Shown: piece after piece, positions 26,178-38,120 of the stretch
Layout: each line of letters starts with the position of its first letter
Numbering within the stretch: position 1 is the first letter of the stretch
IMG/VR virus record: IMGVR_UViG_2049941000_000254
DNA from: an uncultured virus (IMG/VR IMGVR_UViG_2049941000_000254)
Lineage: Duplodnaviria; Heunggongvirae; Uroviricota; Caudoviricetes
Length of the DNA stretch: 51,212 nt
Reading direction: 5' to 3' (one strand)
Made by a program: the position numbers and the translations under genes
The notes under the pieces: generated by a model
What the model saw: the letters and a program-made list of their open reading frames with translations, nothing else
What the model was told of the DNA's origin: nothing
The model's database searches: none

Positions 26178-26610
26178 ATTCCCACGAGGGAACCATATAC
26201 AACAGGCTAGGCTGCCCCAACAATGCACTCTGGGCATCTCCATATATCGAATACGCGATAGAGTACGCTTCGCAGTTCGGCAAGGATGGCCGTGTAGCCA
26301 AGATTATGGTTTTCGATGACAAGATGACGGTCGCATGCTGTGATGACCTTGAGGAAGTCGGCTACGAAGCTGTGGATGCAGTAGACATTGGTAGCGACCC
26401 GGAAACAATCGGACAGCTGCTTGCTATGGGAATAAATACGGTCAATAATTACCTTGACGATTCAGAGGACGGATACTGCATAATGGACCCGGACATAGTA
26501 GCCGATATCCACGTGATGACCCCCGAGGAACTGGCTAGTTCTGGGGCAGACCAGTCAGACCTGGAATACCTTGGATGCGACGGGTGGTTCAAGATGGCTA
26601 CTTCCCGGTA
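26178..26610 (+). CDS. Acidic protein fragment, possibly ADP-ribosyltransferase-like fold
   Basis: LWASP..EYA.EYA...G..G.V and final E-Y-C-I-M-D-P strand loosely resemble ART-fold motifs; both ends in gaps. Confidence 0.3.
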
Positions 26611-27697
26611 NNNNNNNNNNNNNNNNNNNNNNNNNNNNNNNNNNNNNNNNNNNNNNNNNNNNNNNNNNNNNNNNNNNNNNNNNNNNNNNNNNNNNNNNNN
26701 NNNNNNNNNNNNNNNNNNNNNNNNNNNNNNNNNNNNNNNNNNNNNNNNNNNNNNNNNNNNNNNNNNNNNNNNNNNNNNNNNNNNNNNNNNNNNNNNNNNN
26801 NNNNNNNNNNNNNNNNNNNNNNNNNNNNNNNNNNNNNNNNNNNNNNNNNNNNNNNNNNNNNNNNNNNNNNNNNNNNNNNNNNNNNNNNNNNNNNNNNNNN
26901 NNNNNNNNNNNNNNNNNNNNNNNNNNNNNNNNNNNNNNNNNNNNNNNNNNNNNNNNNNNNNNNNNNNNNNNNNNNNNNNNNNNNNNNNNNNNNNNNNNNN
27001 NNNNNNNNNNNNNNNNNNNNNNNNNNNNNNTACCCACTTTGCCACTATCGGGGCCGCAAAGGCCAAGATGACCGCAAACAGGAAATCTATGACCGGCCGC
27101 GGCTGGTGGAGTTTCACCGATGAGGACAGGATGTTCATCGGGCAGATAGATACCATTATTCAAATTAACGAGACAGGATTCGAAGGATGAGACAGGAAAC
27201 GGAATTCAACGAAAGCGATTTCCTTGCAGAACTTAAGTCGGTTGTTGACGAGATAGGCGGGGAGTTGTACATTACGCTCAATAACGACGACATGTCATAT
27301 ATCGTGAACTATTCCAGGGGCGGAATTCCCTTCAAGATTAGCCTTGAAGCACTGGAAGCGGTGTGCAGCACGAATGGACCGGNNNNNNNNNNTGCGGGAA
27401 ACCTTGCTGGACGCGACATCGCCCGAAGTGACGAAGAAGGACAAGCAGAATGCGCTGATATGCGATCTGATAAACGTAAGCAATGAGATTTCGAAGCATA
27501 CTGAGACAAACCAGGAACGTGCTGAGAAGTTGAAGGACATTGTCCAGAAGATAATGCCGGAAAAGATGGAATCGTATTTTCATATGAGCGAGGATATGTC
27601 CGCGGACCCGTTTAACAGATTCGATACGGACGATGTGTACAATCTTCTGGTCACAGGCATGAAGTATGACCTTATTCAGTACATCGCGAATATATAG

Positions 27698-28339
27698 GTG
27701 GTGGATATGAGCGAAATAGTTGTAGAGAAGTTTGACGATAACGTCCTGTGGCCCGGAAAGATTTGCTACGCCCTGTACAAGCGTTACCCCAACGGTTTCC
27801 GGTTCTTCCTTGGTCACTTCCGCGCCAAGTACGACTACGATGCCGAGGTGGAATGGCTCGACGCGCACGAGAAGGATCCGGAACCGGTCTACTATGTCGC
27901 CAAGGAAGTGAGCGACTGGAAGCTGAAAAACATCTGTGATTCAGCGAAATATGCCGAGAAGTTGAAAGCGCGTGTCAAGGAGCGTTGGGAAGCGAAGCAG
28001 AAGGCCAGCAAGGAATACAAGGAATGGAAGGCCGAACTTGTTGCCAAGGGCATGACCGAGGGAGACCTCCCGCTGTCCAAGCGCAAAATGCCCCCACTGC
28101 TGGGTGAACCCACCCTTGCTGACATGTATCACTACTGCATGTTCGATGCCGACGAGGTAGGCGCAATCAACGCCAACCTCCACTCGGAAGGCCTGCCCGA
28201 CTGCAGTCATGCACTCGTATTCACGTGGAAGCTGCACAAGAAGTCCGGGTTCTTCTGGACCAAGGAAGGCTTCTTCGATGAAAAAGGAAATCCAATTTCC
28301 GTGGTCGGGAGTTCACAGTCCCCGACAGGCCAAAAATAA
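27698..28339 (+). CDS. Hypothetical protein
   Basis: Long ORF with phage-like codon use. Confidence 0.75.
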   Translation: MVDMSEIVVEKFDDNVLWPGKICYALYKRYPNGFRFFLGHFRAKYDYDAEVEWLDAHEKDPEPVYYVAKEVSDWKLKNICDSAKYAEKLKARVKERWEAKQKASKEYKEWKAELVAKGMTEGDLPLSKRKMPPLLGEPTLADMYHYCMFDADEVGAINANLHSEGLPDCSHALVFTWKLHKKSGFFWTKEGFFDEKGNPISVVGSSQSPTGQK

Positions 28340-28796
28340 CTGAATTCATTTTATATGATTTCTAGTAACTGTATCTCAACGTTAAGATAACATCGGAGAT
28401 TAAGCATGACGAAGAAGTGGAATAGGATACTCGCCGAGCAGAAACGGAAGGAGCAGTCCCATGTACTCACCATACCGGAGTATGAACGACTGAAACTTTC
28501 GGTGGCTGACGAGAAACGGTACAGAGAAGAATATCTTGGAGAGGTAATATGCAAGTAACAAAGGTAAAGAAGTTCAAGCTCAAAAGGCGTTGGCCCTGGC
28601 AGAAGAAATGCCGCTGGCTCGTGGAAGACAAGGTAAAGGAACTGCATGAATTCATTCTCAAAGAGGCAGTCAGAAACGGAGCCGCGTGGATCATCATGTC
28701 CCCGGACCTTGTTGCCATGCTGTCAACATTGCCCACTACGTTCCTCATTCCGGTAAAGGATACCCTGGGCGAGTACACGATGGAACNNNNNNNNNN

Positions 28797-29011
28797 TATC
28801 ACTGGACGACCGCATCTATAAATGCGACTGCGGCTACGAGATGGATAGGGATACACATTCTGCCCGTGTAGTCTTGATGATTGGCTCATCAAAAAGAGCT
28901 GAGTGCCTGGAACAGGCCTCGCCGGAGCAGGGCCCTATACCGAAGTGCAATCCGATTGCACCTAGGCAAGACTCGGTGTTGATGGCAAGACAAGAAGCTC
29001 ACCGCCTTTAG
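28797..29011 (+). CDS. tnpB: C-terminus of an IS200/IS605-family TnpB
   Basis: Manual translation SLDDRIYKCDCGYEMDRDTHSARVVL...QEAHRL* (Zn finger plus RuvC-III). Confidence 0.8.
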
Positions 29012-29027
29012 GCGGTGGGTAGTTCAC
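28895..29027 (+). mobile_element. IS200/IS605 right end / omegaRNA scaffold; guide starts at 29028 (AAUGAACACGGACUGG)
   Basis: GAAGCTCACCGCCTTTAGGCGGTGGGTAGTTCAC hairpin ending in TCAC. Confidence 0.75.
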
Positions 29028-29955
29028 AATGAACACGGACTGGTTCTCTGTGTCAACTTCTTCATCGACTACGACTATATACACGATACGAACACAATCA
29101 AGGAAATCCTTCATAAGCTGAACAGAGAACTGGACGGACAGTTTTGTGATGGGTGGGGCGAAANNNNNNNNNNGAAGTTCGACGAGATTTTCCTGGACAT
29201 GCTCAGGAAGTCGAGCAAGGTTGTATGGCGCAACTATGCCGGTGATAAATCTGACGTTCCTACATGCAGTTTCACACTGAGCAATGCCGATGACAAGTTT
29301 ATGTTTGACATCAGTCTTGGTTCAAAACCTATATTCTATTACTCATATTACCGAGTCTATAAGGTTTTTAATGAGCAATACGATTTGAATGAGGCTGATA
29401 TTAAACGACTTATGAAGAAACAGCTGAAGCTCCTATTCAATATGGATGGAGTTACGCCATTGTTTGGAAGTGTTTTAGACACTCCATAGTTGGAACTTCT
29501 ATTCAATATGAATGGGGCTGCACTNNNNNNNNNNGTAGAGTATCAATATCACACCGAGCATCCCTGCCATCCACAGTACCGGGTCCCACGTGCCGTCATC
29601 GTTCGGTTCCGGCTTGTCCCCATCGTCATCATCGTCCCGCCATTCCTTGTGGTAGTCGTCGGGAAAGTCGGCATCTGCGTCCGGGTCCATGAAGGCCTTC
29701 TCTGAGTGCCATCCGTCGCCGTATTCCACCCAGATGTCATTGTCCTCGTCCTCGCACTTCTCCCATTCCCAGATGTCGTCATCTTCGTCCAGGTTGTCCT
29801 TGTACTCGTACTCGGGCTCCCGGTCGTCTTCCNNNNNNNNNNNNNNNNNNNNNNNNNNNNNNNNNNNNNNNNNNNNNNNNNNNNNNNNNNNNNNNNNNNN
29901 NNNNNNNNNNNNNNNNNNNNNNNNNNNNNNNNNNNNNNNNNNNNNNNNNNNNNNN

Positions 29956-30343
29956 CGAATTATATAATATATGGAAAACCCATCAAACGGCAGTTATTGC
30001 CGAAACCACTGATTGTAATATATGGGGTTATGCCGCATTATATCCACCAAATATATTACAAAATAGGCATGATATATCTGGAATTATAGACGAGTGTTTA
30101 TCACTTGATTTTAGTCATGATGATTTATTTATGACTTCTTATTGTCGTTCAATGAATATTAGCATCATATCATTACATAAGCCAATGAGTAGTGTTGCGG
30201 CAATACACAGTCATGTTGAAACACTTGGTGAAAAGCGAGCGCAATTCCGAACAGAAGGTATAAATGAAAATTATTTAATGTATCGAATTTTTAAGTCTCA
30301 TAACATTGAACATGTTCCAGTAAGACCACATCAAATAATATAA
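29956..30343 (+). CDS. Glycosyltransferase C-terminal fragment (paralog of 43504-44241), AT-rich
   Basis: Manual translation ELYNIWKTHQTAVI...GYAALYPP...HDDLFM parallels TLWELHRKNPDRVI...GVALYPA...MDDEFM. Confidence 0.55.
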
Positions 30344-31616
30344 GCAACATTTATTATATTTATAGTTTAAGCATATTACCTAATTCAAAATCAGAAAAAT
30401 CNNNNNNNNNNTAGGCCCCTATTTTACGGATATACCCCTGTCCTCTCAGGTAGTCATCGACGCTGCCGGGGAAGAACGGGTCGATGGCGAGGTATTCCCA
30501 ATTCTCGTTTATCTTGGCGACCCTGCAGCATACCAGGTCCTTCAGCTGGGTATCGTTCCATGTAGTCCAGTAGGCGTCATAGGATACCTTTTCGTATTCG
30601 ANNNNNNNNNNTGACTTCCCGGATTACCTTGCGATATGTTGTCTTGTAGATATCCGGGACTTTGCCCCATGCCTTTTCAAGTACCTGCTCTGCGGTCTCA
30701 TGGACTAAAGAGACGCCGACATCGAATATCGTGCCGTCGAGCCTGATAATCATGGGGATGAACAGGGTTTTGAACGCCGTGAGGTCATGCTTGGCGTCAT
30801 TTGCCGGTTCAATCGGGTTATTTGTTGACAGCCATGGCGGGGGATTCTGTGCATAGTATACCACCAAGTTACCGTCATCCTTGCTCACGGTACAATCCAT
30901 GCCGCTCATGCGGAATGCGCGGATTACGTCCGGGAGGGCATTCGGCGACACCTTTACACTATCTGAACCGTTGGTATTGTNNNNNNNNNNNNNNNNNNNN
31001 NNNNNNNNNNNNNNNNNNNNNNNNNNNNNNNNNNNNNNNNNNNNNNNNNNNNNNNNNNNNNNNNNNNNNNNNNNNNNNNNNNNNNNNNNNNNNNNNNNNN
31101 NNNNNNNNNNNNNNNTGGGTACTGTCATGGTATGATTCTCCGATGTTTGGCTTGAATGCTGTTCTTTCTTGTTCTCTGCCAGGTCGACTATTTCTAACGC
31201 GTTCTTGACAAGGTATGACCATTCGGGGAAATATGCGTACCTATGCCATCCGGCCTTTGATGTCAGTATGACCCTATATGCATCACGCTCCTTTACATAG
31301 CAATATGCGATACTCTCCGGAGAACAGCGCAGAAGTACGTTGTGGGCGCACAGGAAGAATTTTACCGGGTGGCCATTTTGGNNNNNNNNNNTGTCGTATT
31401 CGCGAGTTACGCCATCAAGCCCGAGTTCGCGGTATATGGGTTTCCCGTCTTTCATGACCACTATTGCGTATGAGTACCCGGATGCCCGGGCGTTGGGCGG
31501 CAACCCTGGTGGGCGTGCCCCGGTTGCAATCGATTCATTGCCCAGGGCAATACAGTAGGAATCTGCTCCCGATGTGGTAATTTTGTTCAACAATTTGTTC
31601 CCGGATGGCGTCATAT

Positions 31617-31937
31617 TTATTTCGCTTTGCAGAAGAAAGTATAAGGATTCAGCGACGATGAGCCGTTGTGTACCGTCTTAGTGGCCTTGCCATCCTTAAT
31701 CTTGTATATGTGGTTGCATTCCCATGTGACAATCTTGGCTGTCCATCCTGTATTGTAAGTACAGATGCCATCCCAGTAGGTACTTTTGAGCTCGGGGAGG
31801 CCGGGTGCTTTGGTGCTGAAATGCACAAGTGTATCCTTGGTGGCTGGGTTCCATACCATGAACTCAGTACAGTATCCGTTTGCCGCGCATGCGATGCCGG
31901 CAACCATCGCATTCAGAATGATAATTCGTTTAAGCAT
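31617..31937 (-). CDS. Hypothetical secreted Cys-containing protein
   Basis: Signal-peptide-like MLKRIIILNAMVAGIACA; GAGGA SD. Confidence 0.65.
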   Translation of the reverse strand: MLKRIIILNAMVAGIACAANGYCTEFMVWNPATKDTLVHFSTKAPGLPELKSTYWDGICTYNTGWTAKIVTWECNHIYKIKDGKATKTVHNGSSSLNPYTFFCKAK

Positions 31938-32522
31938 TGGTTATTCCTCGGAATGATAAAGTTAATTTGCTATCCAACTTGCTTNNNNNNNNNNNNNNNN
32001 NNNNNNNNNNNNNNNNNNNNNNNNNNNNNNNNNNNNNNNNNNNNNNNNNNNNNNNNNNNNNNNNNNNNNNNNNNNNNNNNNNNNNNNNNNNNNNNNNNNN
32101 NNNNNNNNNNNNNNNNNNNNNNNNNNNNNNNNNNNNNNNNNNNNNNNNNNNNNNNNNNNNNNNNNNNNNNNNNNNNNNNNNNNNNNNNNNNNNNNNNNNN
32201 NNNNNNNNNNNNNNNNNNNNNNNNNNNNNNNNNNNNNNNTCAATAAAATTGACTCTTTCGCATGGCATATCATGTGTCGCCAGCTTGTAGTTAATTGCCT
32301 GCAGCACCGCTTGTCCGGCATTATCTACTGTAAGCGGAATGTCATATTCCGCATCCGGGATATGTAATGTATCATCATGACCCAACGTGAACACTGGAGT
32401 TCTGGCCAGTTCATTGCACCATGGCGGTTGAATAATTTTTGAATGATTGGCCATCCAAACTTCCAGTTNNNNNNNNNNGGGTATTACGATGTTGCTCATG
32501 ATTACTCCTTGTACATGTCCCA

Positions 32523-32573
32523 AATGTAGCAAAAATGTTCCCGGTTGCCAACGGCAGGGAACAATGCTACATT
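32523..32573. promoter_or_regulatory. Overlapping divergent promoters, both leaderless
   Basis: TACATT-N6-ATG on both strands (ATGs at 32516 and 32580). Confidence 0.75.
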
Positions 32574-32579
32574 TGGAGT

Positions 32580-32957
32580 ATGAAGATTAGTATCCGATAC
32601 GAAAACAAGACTACGTTCACAGGCGAGATAGATGCAATCGAATACTCGGTTAGCAAAAACATAGTCATTCTATGGTGCGGTAGACGGAAGATAGAGCTAT
32701 GCCATTACAAAGAGACCGGCGACGACTGGGTACACATGGACGTCAGGTTCAGGGGAAGAATTGTTGAGTTTCGCAATGACTGTGATGACATCAAGCTGCC
32801 CGTAGACTACGATAAGACCTATAATGACCCTGATCTGTCCGACCGGCTCAGCTACCACATGCGTGCCAAACAATACATCAGTGATGTTCTCCACGAGACC
32901 ATAACCGAGGAAGCTGCACTTGGGAAGATTCTCGCCGACATGTTCATGAAAGGATAG
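32580..32957 (+). CDS. Hypothetical protein, leaderless
   Basis: TTGCCA-N17-TACATT-N6-ATG. Confidence 0.75.
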   Translation: MKISIRYENKTTFTGEIDAIEYSVSKNIVILWCGRRKIELCHYKETGDDWVHMDVRFRGRIVEFRNDCDDIKLPVDYDKTYNDPDLSDRLSYHMRAKQYISDVLHETITEEAALGKILADMFMKG

Positions 32958-33416
32958 GCCGCATGCAATCTAATAAAGAATATGATCGAGACGACTTTTA
33001 CCCGCTCGATGCGGTAGAGGACGCTATCCAGACGACCGTCTGCCATGATGAACGGCATTACCTTAACGCGCCATTCTGCATATATGAGGACGAGTGTTGC
33101 CGGAANNNNNNNNNNGAGGCTGAGATGGAAACCAGCCGTAGGAACTACGATAATGACAATCGACTTCAATCCAATGTCAGACGACCGCTACTGGAACCAG
33201 GAACCAGTACTCCTGCTTATCGGCAACACGGTGCACGAGGCGTCATTCGAGTCCAGCCGTGGCTGGTTTTACCTGTACAACCAGAGCCACTTCACCGATT
33301 CCGGCGATATCGAGCAACTGCCTAAGTTCCTGTACGAAGATGACGAACGCATTCTCGGATGGGTGTTCGCCCGAATCGACAATGTACCCGGTTGCCGGTA
33401 GACTTATTGGTTAAAC

Positions 33417-33674
33417 ATGAAACGTACTATCAACCATATCCGCGCATATACGGCAGCGATTCTTGCCATTCCGTTCATAGTCATCGTGTTTATAATTTCG
33501 CTGGTGAGTCTTATGCTATTCGCGATTGCCATGGCACTTGTAAAGATTCCACAGTTCATGTTCCGGGTAGTGGGGCCGAGGCCAAAGACTGATGACGAGC
33601 TGCGCCGGTACCACAACGGCTTGACCCGTATCCTACAGCGCATAGTCGATTGTGCCGTCTGGCCAAACAGATAA
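33417..33674 (+). CDS. Hypothetical membrane protein
   Basis: Long hydrophobic segment. Confidence 0.6.
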   Translation: MKRTINHIRAYTAAILAIPFIVIVFIISLVSLMLFAIAMALVKIPQFMFRVVGPRPKTDDELRRYHNGLTRILQRIVDCAVWPNR

Positions 33675-33721
33675 GCGGCATGCTCGGCCCAGTACCGGTG
33701 CATTTTTGCTATATTTGTGGC

Positions 33722-34099
33722 ATGGAATCTAACAAAGAATACAACAGGGAAGACTTCTACCCGCTCGATGCGGTAGAGGACGCTATCCAGACGAACGTCT
33801 GTCATGATGAGCGCCATTACCTTAACGCGCCATTCTGCATATATGAGGACGAGTGTTGCCGGAACATGGACGACAAATACTTGCTTAGGGTCGACGGAGT
33901 GGACTACATCCTTAAGAGCTACGCCGAACAGCTAATCAGCAAGGTTAGCGAGAATGCCGTACGCAGATGGGCGTACTTTCGGGAAAAGTACGGCATAGAG
34001 CTTGACCGGCGGACGCCACGGTATGTGGTCGGCCAACCGATGCACCCGGTGGAGAAGGATGTCAACTATCGGCAAAAGCACAAGAAGTCACACCGCTGA
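33722..34099 (+). CDS. Hypothetical protein, leaderless; 5' part near-duplicated at 32963-33105
   Basis: TGCTATATT-N6-ATG; near-identical copy upstream. Confidence 0.7.
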   Translation: MESNKEYNREDFYPLDAVEDAIQTNVCHDERHYLNAPFCIYEDECCRNMDDKYLLRVDGVDYILKSYAEQLISKVSENAVRRWAYFREKYGIELDRRTPRYVVGQPMHPVEKDVNYRQKHKKSHR

Positions 34100-34232
34100 C
34101 CGGCATGATATGTTGGCACGTCAATGACGAGGAACTGTTCCCAATCAGATAAGGAACCGATGGCGAAAGACGGACAGCTCCCCAGTGAATGTGCCGGTTG
34201 CCAGCTGGTGCCTGTTTTGCTACATTTTGGAC

Positions 34233-34927
34233 ATGGATTTGCAAACGAAGACATTATCTATTTTTGAAAAGGAATACCGCGTGTATTCGGGGGCATGTTG
34301 TTCATCGGTTTCCCCGAAACGTACGCTTTATGTCGAATTTACCAAAAAATGCAATGCGCATTGCCCGTTCTGCTCGGCGCATAGGGGCCTTGGTGACCTA
34401 GATCCAGTGATATTGAAGGAGTGCGTTGACGAACTGGTCGATGCTGGTGCGGTTGATCGGGTGTCGATTACAGGCGGTGAGCCATTAATAGTGGGTGATT
34501 TCTTGCGCCTTGGTAGACTGTTCGACACATTGGAACAGAGTGGGTTGGACTATTACGCGCTCACTACAAACGGAAGGTACCTGGCCAGGAATTTCGTTAT
34601 GCTCGATACGCTTTCTAAGCTGAAATACCTAAATGTCAGCCGGCATCATTACGACGATGAGGAAAACCGGCGCGTCTTTGGTGACAGANNNNNNNNNNTG
34701 ACATGTTCAGAAACCTACTGAATGGACGCAAGGAATCGACCAAGTGCAGGTGTGTGTACGGTAACGTTTCCGGTGTTAAAGTCGAATACCGTGAGGTGGA
34801 TGGTGCCCTGGAACATCGGTTGGAAATGGAAGGCGAGTACATACGGAACCTGGTACTACATGCGGATGGAAGGCTGACTGGTGGTTGGTCGGATGAATCC
34901 ATCCTGATACGGGATTTCTCCAAGTAA
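34233..34927 (+). CDS. Radical SAM protein (spans gap 34689-34698), leaderless
   Basis: CNAHCPFC (CxxxCxxC), SITGGEP, LTTNG, LNVSRHH. Confidence 0.85.
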
Positions 34928-34990
34928 CCTTGTTGCCGGGTGGCGGGCAATATGCTACATTTGGGTTAAACAGTAAACAAGAGGAAAACA

Positions 34991-35669
34991 ATGCAACATA
35001 CCGGCTACACCAGCTACATCATCGATAATAATCTGAAGGCTTCCGAATTTCTTAAACTCTGCCTGCGTGCGTTCGACATATTCGTTGAATACCGCGACGA
35101 GCCGTTGAGTCCCAACATCCCCAAGGAACTCCCGAAGGACGACTGGCACGAGAAGGAACTCGTGAAGGCCAAGGAAAAACTGGCCCGCCGTCTCGCCATG
35201 ACCGACGATGAATGGAGAAAGGAACTGGAAAGCGACCTCGAAACCAAGATTGTCGAGCACAAGGAGGTCGTCGAGAAGGAAAATGCCGAAATGGCACGTC
35301 TGAATGCGGTCAAGGAGGCAATCGAGGGATGGAAGTGCAGCGAGGCGTATGACAGGGTGAAGAACTTCGCCCTCGAACAGATTGCAAAGTCCGAGCCCTA
35401 TGGCTACAAGTGGTACACCGAATCCGAAGAGTGCCTGAGGAAGGCCCTCGAANNNNNNNNNNNNNNNNNNNNNNNNNNNNNNNNNNNNNNNNNNNNNNNN
35501 NNNNNNNNNNNNNNNNNNNNNNNNNNNTGAGCTCATCCAGTGCTACCGCGAAGATGTCGCCTACCATGAAAAGGGCGCCGCGGAGAACGAGGCCAACTGG
35601 AAGAAGGCTAACGAGTTCCTTTCCGGCTTCTGGAAGGAAATTGAACTCCTCGAAAAGGAAGGGAAGTAA
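34991..35669 (+). CDS. Hypothetical coiled-coil phage protein (spans gap)
   Basis: Promoter 34933-34961 and GAGGA SD; M.TGYT...F...C.RAF pattern. Confidence 0.65.
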
Positions 35670-36690
35670 TGAAAAAGTCATCCAAGAGCCTGCTGCTCTG
35701 CGTCATCATCCTCATACTCATCATCATATTTTATGCGTGGCTCCTCAAGGCCCGCGTGAGTACCGGTGTCCTGTACCTGGCGGGCAACGACCAGCCGATA
35801 TGCGCCGGCACCCTCCGTACCTATCACCGTCCATACGGAATTACGGAATCGACATTCACCTGTACTGACGGGCGAGTGCTCAGAAACCTCACCAGCTTTA
35901 TCCTGAAAGAGGAATAATCATGAAGAACCTGATTGTTACCCGAAGGGACATGGTTGCCTGGTCGTCAATGCTGTTGTGGATACTAACCGCGCTTATCGTA
36001 TATCTGGCGGCAGACAAGGATTGGATTTTGGCGGTAGACATATTCTACTGTGTGGTGTTTGGCTTACTGGCGAAATACTGCCCGAAATGGCTTAATGACT
36101 GGATGAACAAGAAGGTATAACATGTGTAAAACTGAACAGCCTATCGGCATAAGGGATGAGAAGGGGAGAAAGTGCAAGGTCCCCTTCACCATCATGCGCC
36201 ACTCCAACGGCGGGTTCGTGGTCGTGCTGAACGACTACCTCGTCAAGGGGTCGTTCCCCAGTTCGGCCTCGACCGTGCTTGAAACCGACGTGGCCCTGAA
36301 AGACCTTGCGGATGCCCTCGCAATCACCGAATTGAGGGACATGCTTGACTACCGTCTCGCCAAGATCAAGAAGGACCAGGAGAGCAGACCATGAAGCCGC
36401 TGCCGTTCATAATTTTCGGGGTGTATATCCTACTGTATGTCCTCGCCGGGTTCATCTTCGGCGCCATGCCTGTCGTGAATGCACTGGTTGTCATGTTCAT
36501 CCTGGCCACCATCATCTACATCTGGATCCTCGTCGAGGAGAAACCGTGGAAATTCGCATTCGTCGGCGAGAATTTGGCCGCGTATGCGATAATGGCCTAC
36601 GGGATTACATTCTTCCTCATTCCAATCATCGTGTTGAATATCCTTGCCGACTTGAAGGACGAGGGCAAGATTACCTGGAGATGGCTGTAA
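35669..36690 (+). CDS. Cluster of four small hypothetical genes (35669-35917, 35920-36120, 36122-36394, 36391-36690), three with TM segments
   Basis: Tightly coupled ORFs with SD sites. Confidence 0.65.
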
Positions 36691-36715
36691 GCAAACTTTA
36701 ACAATCGGAACCAAT

Positions 36716-38116
36716 ATGGCTAAAACAACTAAAAAATACGACAAGAAATTCTATGAACAGGTATGTACGGAAATCGACCGTATCTTCGACCTGTATGGAA
36801 AGCCGACCGACAACTGCATCGTCCTGGGTGCATACTATGACACCGAAGACCGTGACAATAGTACATGGCAGAAAGGCCATTCCTTTATCTGCGAAGACTC
36901 GGTGGCTTTGGTTGCTGCCGGCGATTTCCGCTATTTCAGTCCATATTATGACTGGGATTACGAGTACAACCCGTATGTAAGGCCGGTCATGCACGACATA
37001 TCCGCATTTACCAATGTCATTAGCGATGATTATGACTGGGAAGAACCTGATGAGGATGATGAATCCGATACATACAAGATCCGCCGTGGCCTTACGGTCA
37101 GCCCGGTCAGCAAGAATTCCGTCATGCCGAAGGATGTTGACAAAATCCCGTACGGCGTGCAGGTTGAAAAGCTCCGCGACTACTTCGTCGATGCCCAGAA
37201 GCTGGTGACCATGATTAAGCCGTTCATGCACCACGTTTGCGGCTCCGCATCGTCCTACTGCGACGATTCCACGAACTGTTTCTGGCGAAACTACATTGTC
37301 ATCGGCAGGGATTACAAGTTCCGTACGTTCACGATGCGCTATGATGCCATGATGCAAAGCAAGAGCACAAAGTTTGATGACATGGTCGTCGATGACACCT
37401 TGGCGAAATGCGGCCATGTCAAACAGGATTTCAAGCCGACCAAGGACTATGGGCCGACCGAGGATGCCAGGGTCCGTGAACCGGTTCCGTATATCGAATG
37501 GAAGGAATGGGAAAAATATGTCAAGTCGATTGACTGTCGCAACCATTACGAGATTGGCGTGGAAAGCCTGGATGTCGTTCCGTTCTCCAAGATGAAGCTG
37601 AAAGAATTGCCGATTTCGATGATTACTGACATCTTCATTCAATTCTATGACCGCGGCAGTGATCCTAAGTTGCTGAACATGTTCTATTACGAGTCCGAGA
37701 ATAAGGACGAGGATATATATGCCCTCTGCCAGAATAGCGTATATGAATACGATTATTTCGGTAGGCGACAGATCGGATTTAACTGGAATACCCTGTGCTG
37801 CCTGCATAGTGACACAAATTCCCGCAAGGAAAAGTCAACAAAGGTTGTAGAGACCTACATTGGCGACATGACCCCGGATGAATTCATCAAGTTCATTCGC
37901 GAGACCTTCTGGTCTAAGGACATGGAATATACCGGCAGCAGGGACCTGCTCCACTATGGCCTTGTTAAAAAATTGACCCACCCGTCGTACAAGAACTTCG
38001 GCAACTATGAAAACGGTACGCAGTATTGCTGGTCGCATATCCATAAGAAGCCGTGGTATCTTACCATCAAGCAGTACGAAGCGGCTAAGGAAAAACTGAA
38101 AAAGAACAACTGGTAG
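36716..38116 (+). CDS. Hypothetical protein, 466 aa
   Basis: Uninterrupted long ORF; no motif recognised. Confidence 0.85.
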   Translation: MAKTTKKYDKKFYEQVCTEIDRIFDLYGKPTDNCIVLGAYYDTEDRDNSTWQKGHSFICEDSVALVAAGDFRYFSPYYDWDYEYNPYVRPVMHDISAFTNVISDDYDWEEPDEDDESDTYKIRRGLTVSPVSKNSVMPKDVDKIPYGVQVEKLRDYFVDAQKLVTMIKPFMHHVCGSASSYCDDSTNCFWRNYIVIGRDYKFRTFTMRYDAMMQSKSTKFDDMVVDDTLAKCGHVKQDFKPTKDYGPTEDARVREPVPYIEWKEWEKYVKSIDCRNHYEIGVESLDVVPFSKMKLKELPISMITDIFIQFYDRGSDPKLLNMFYYESENKDEDIYALCQNSVYEYDYFGRRQIGFNWNTLCCLHSDTNSRKEKSTKVVETYIGDMTPDEFIKFIRETFWSKDMEYTGSRDLLHYGLVKKLTHPSYKNFGNYENGTQYCWSHIHKKPWYLTIKQYEAAKEKLKKNNW

Positions 38117-38120
38117 ATGC

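Noticed and set aside
32963..33864. ~140-nt duplication (32963-33105 vs 33722-33864)
   Set aside because: The first copy ends at a gap; strain variant or recent gene duplication with no sign of a diversification system
36698..37807. Long antisense ORFs (for example 36698-37807, 11020-11934, 43766-44704)
   Set aside because: Shadow frames opposite better-supported genes
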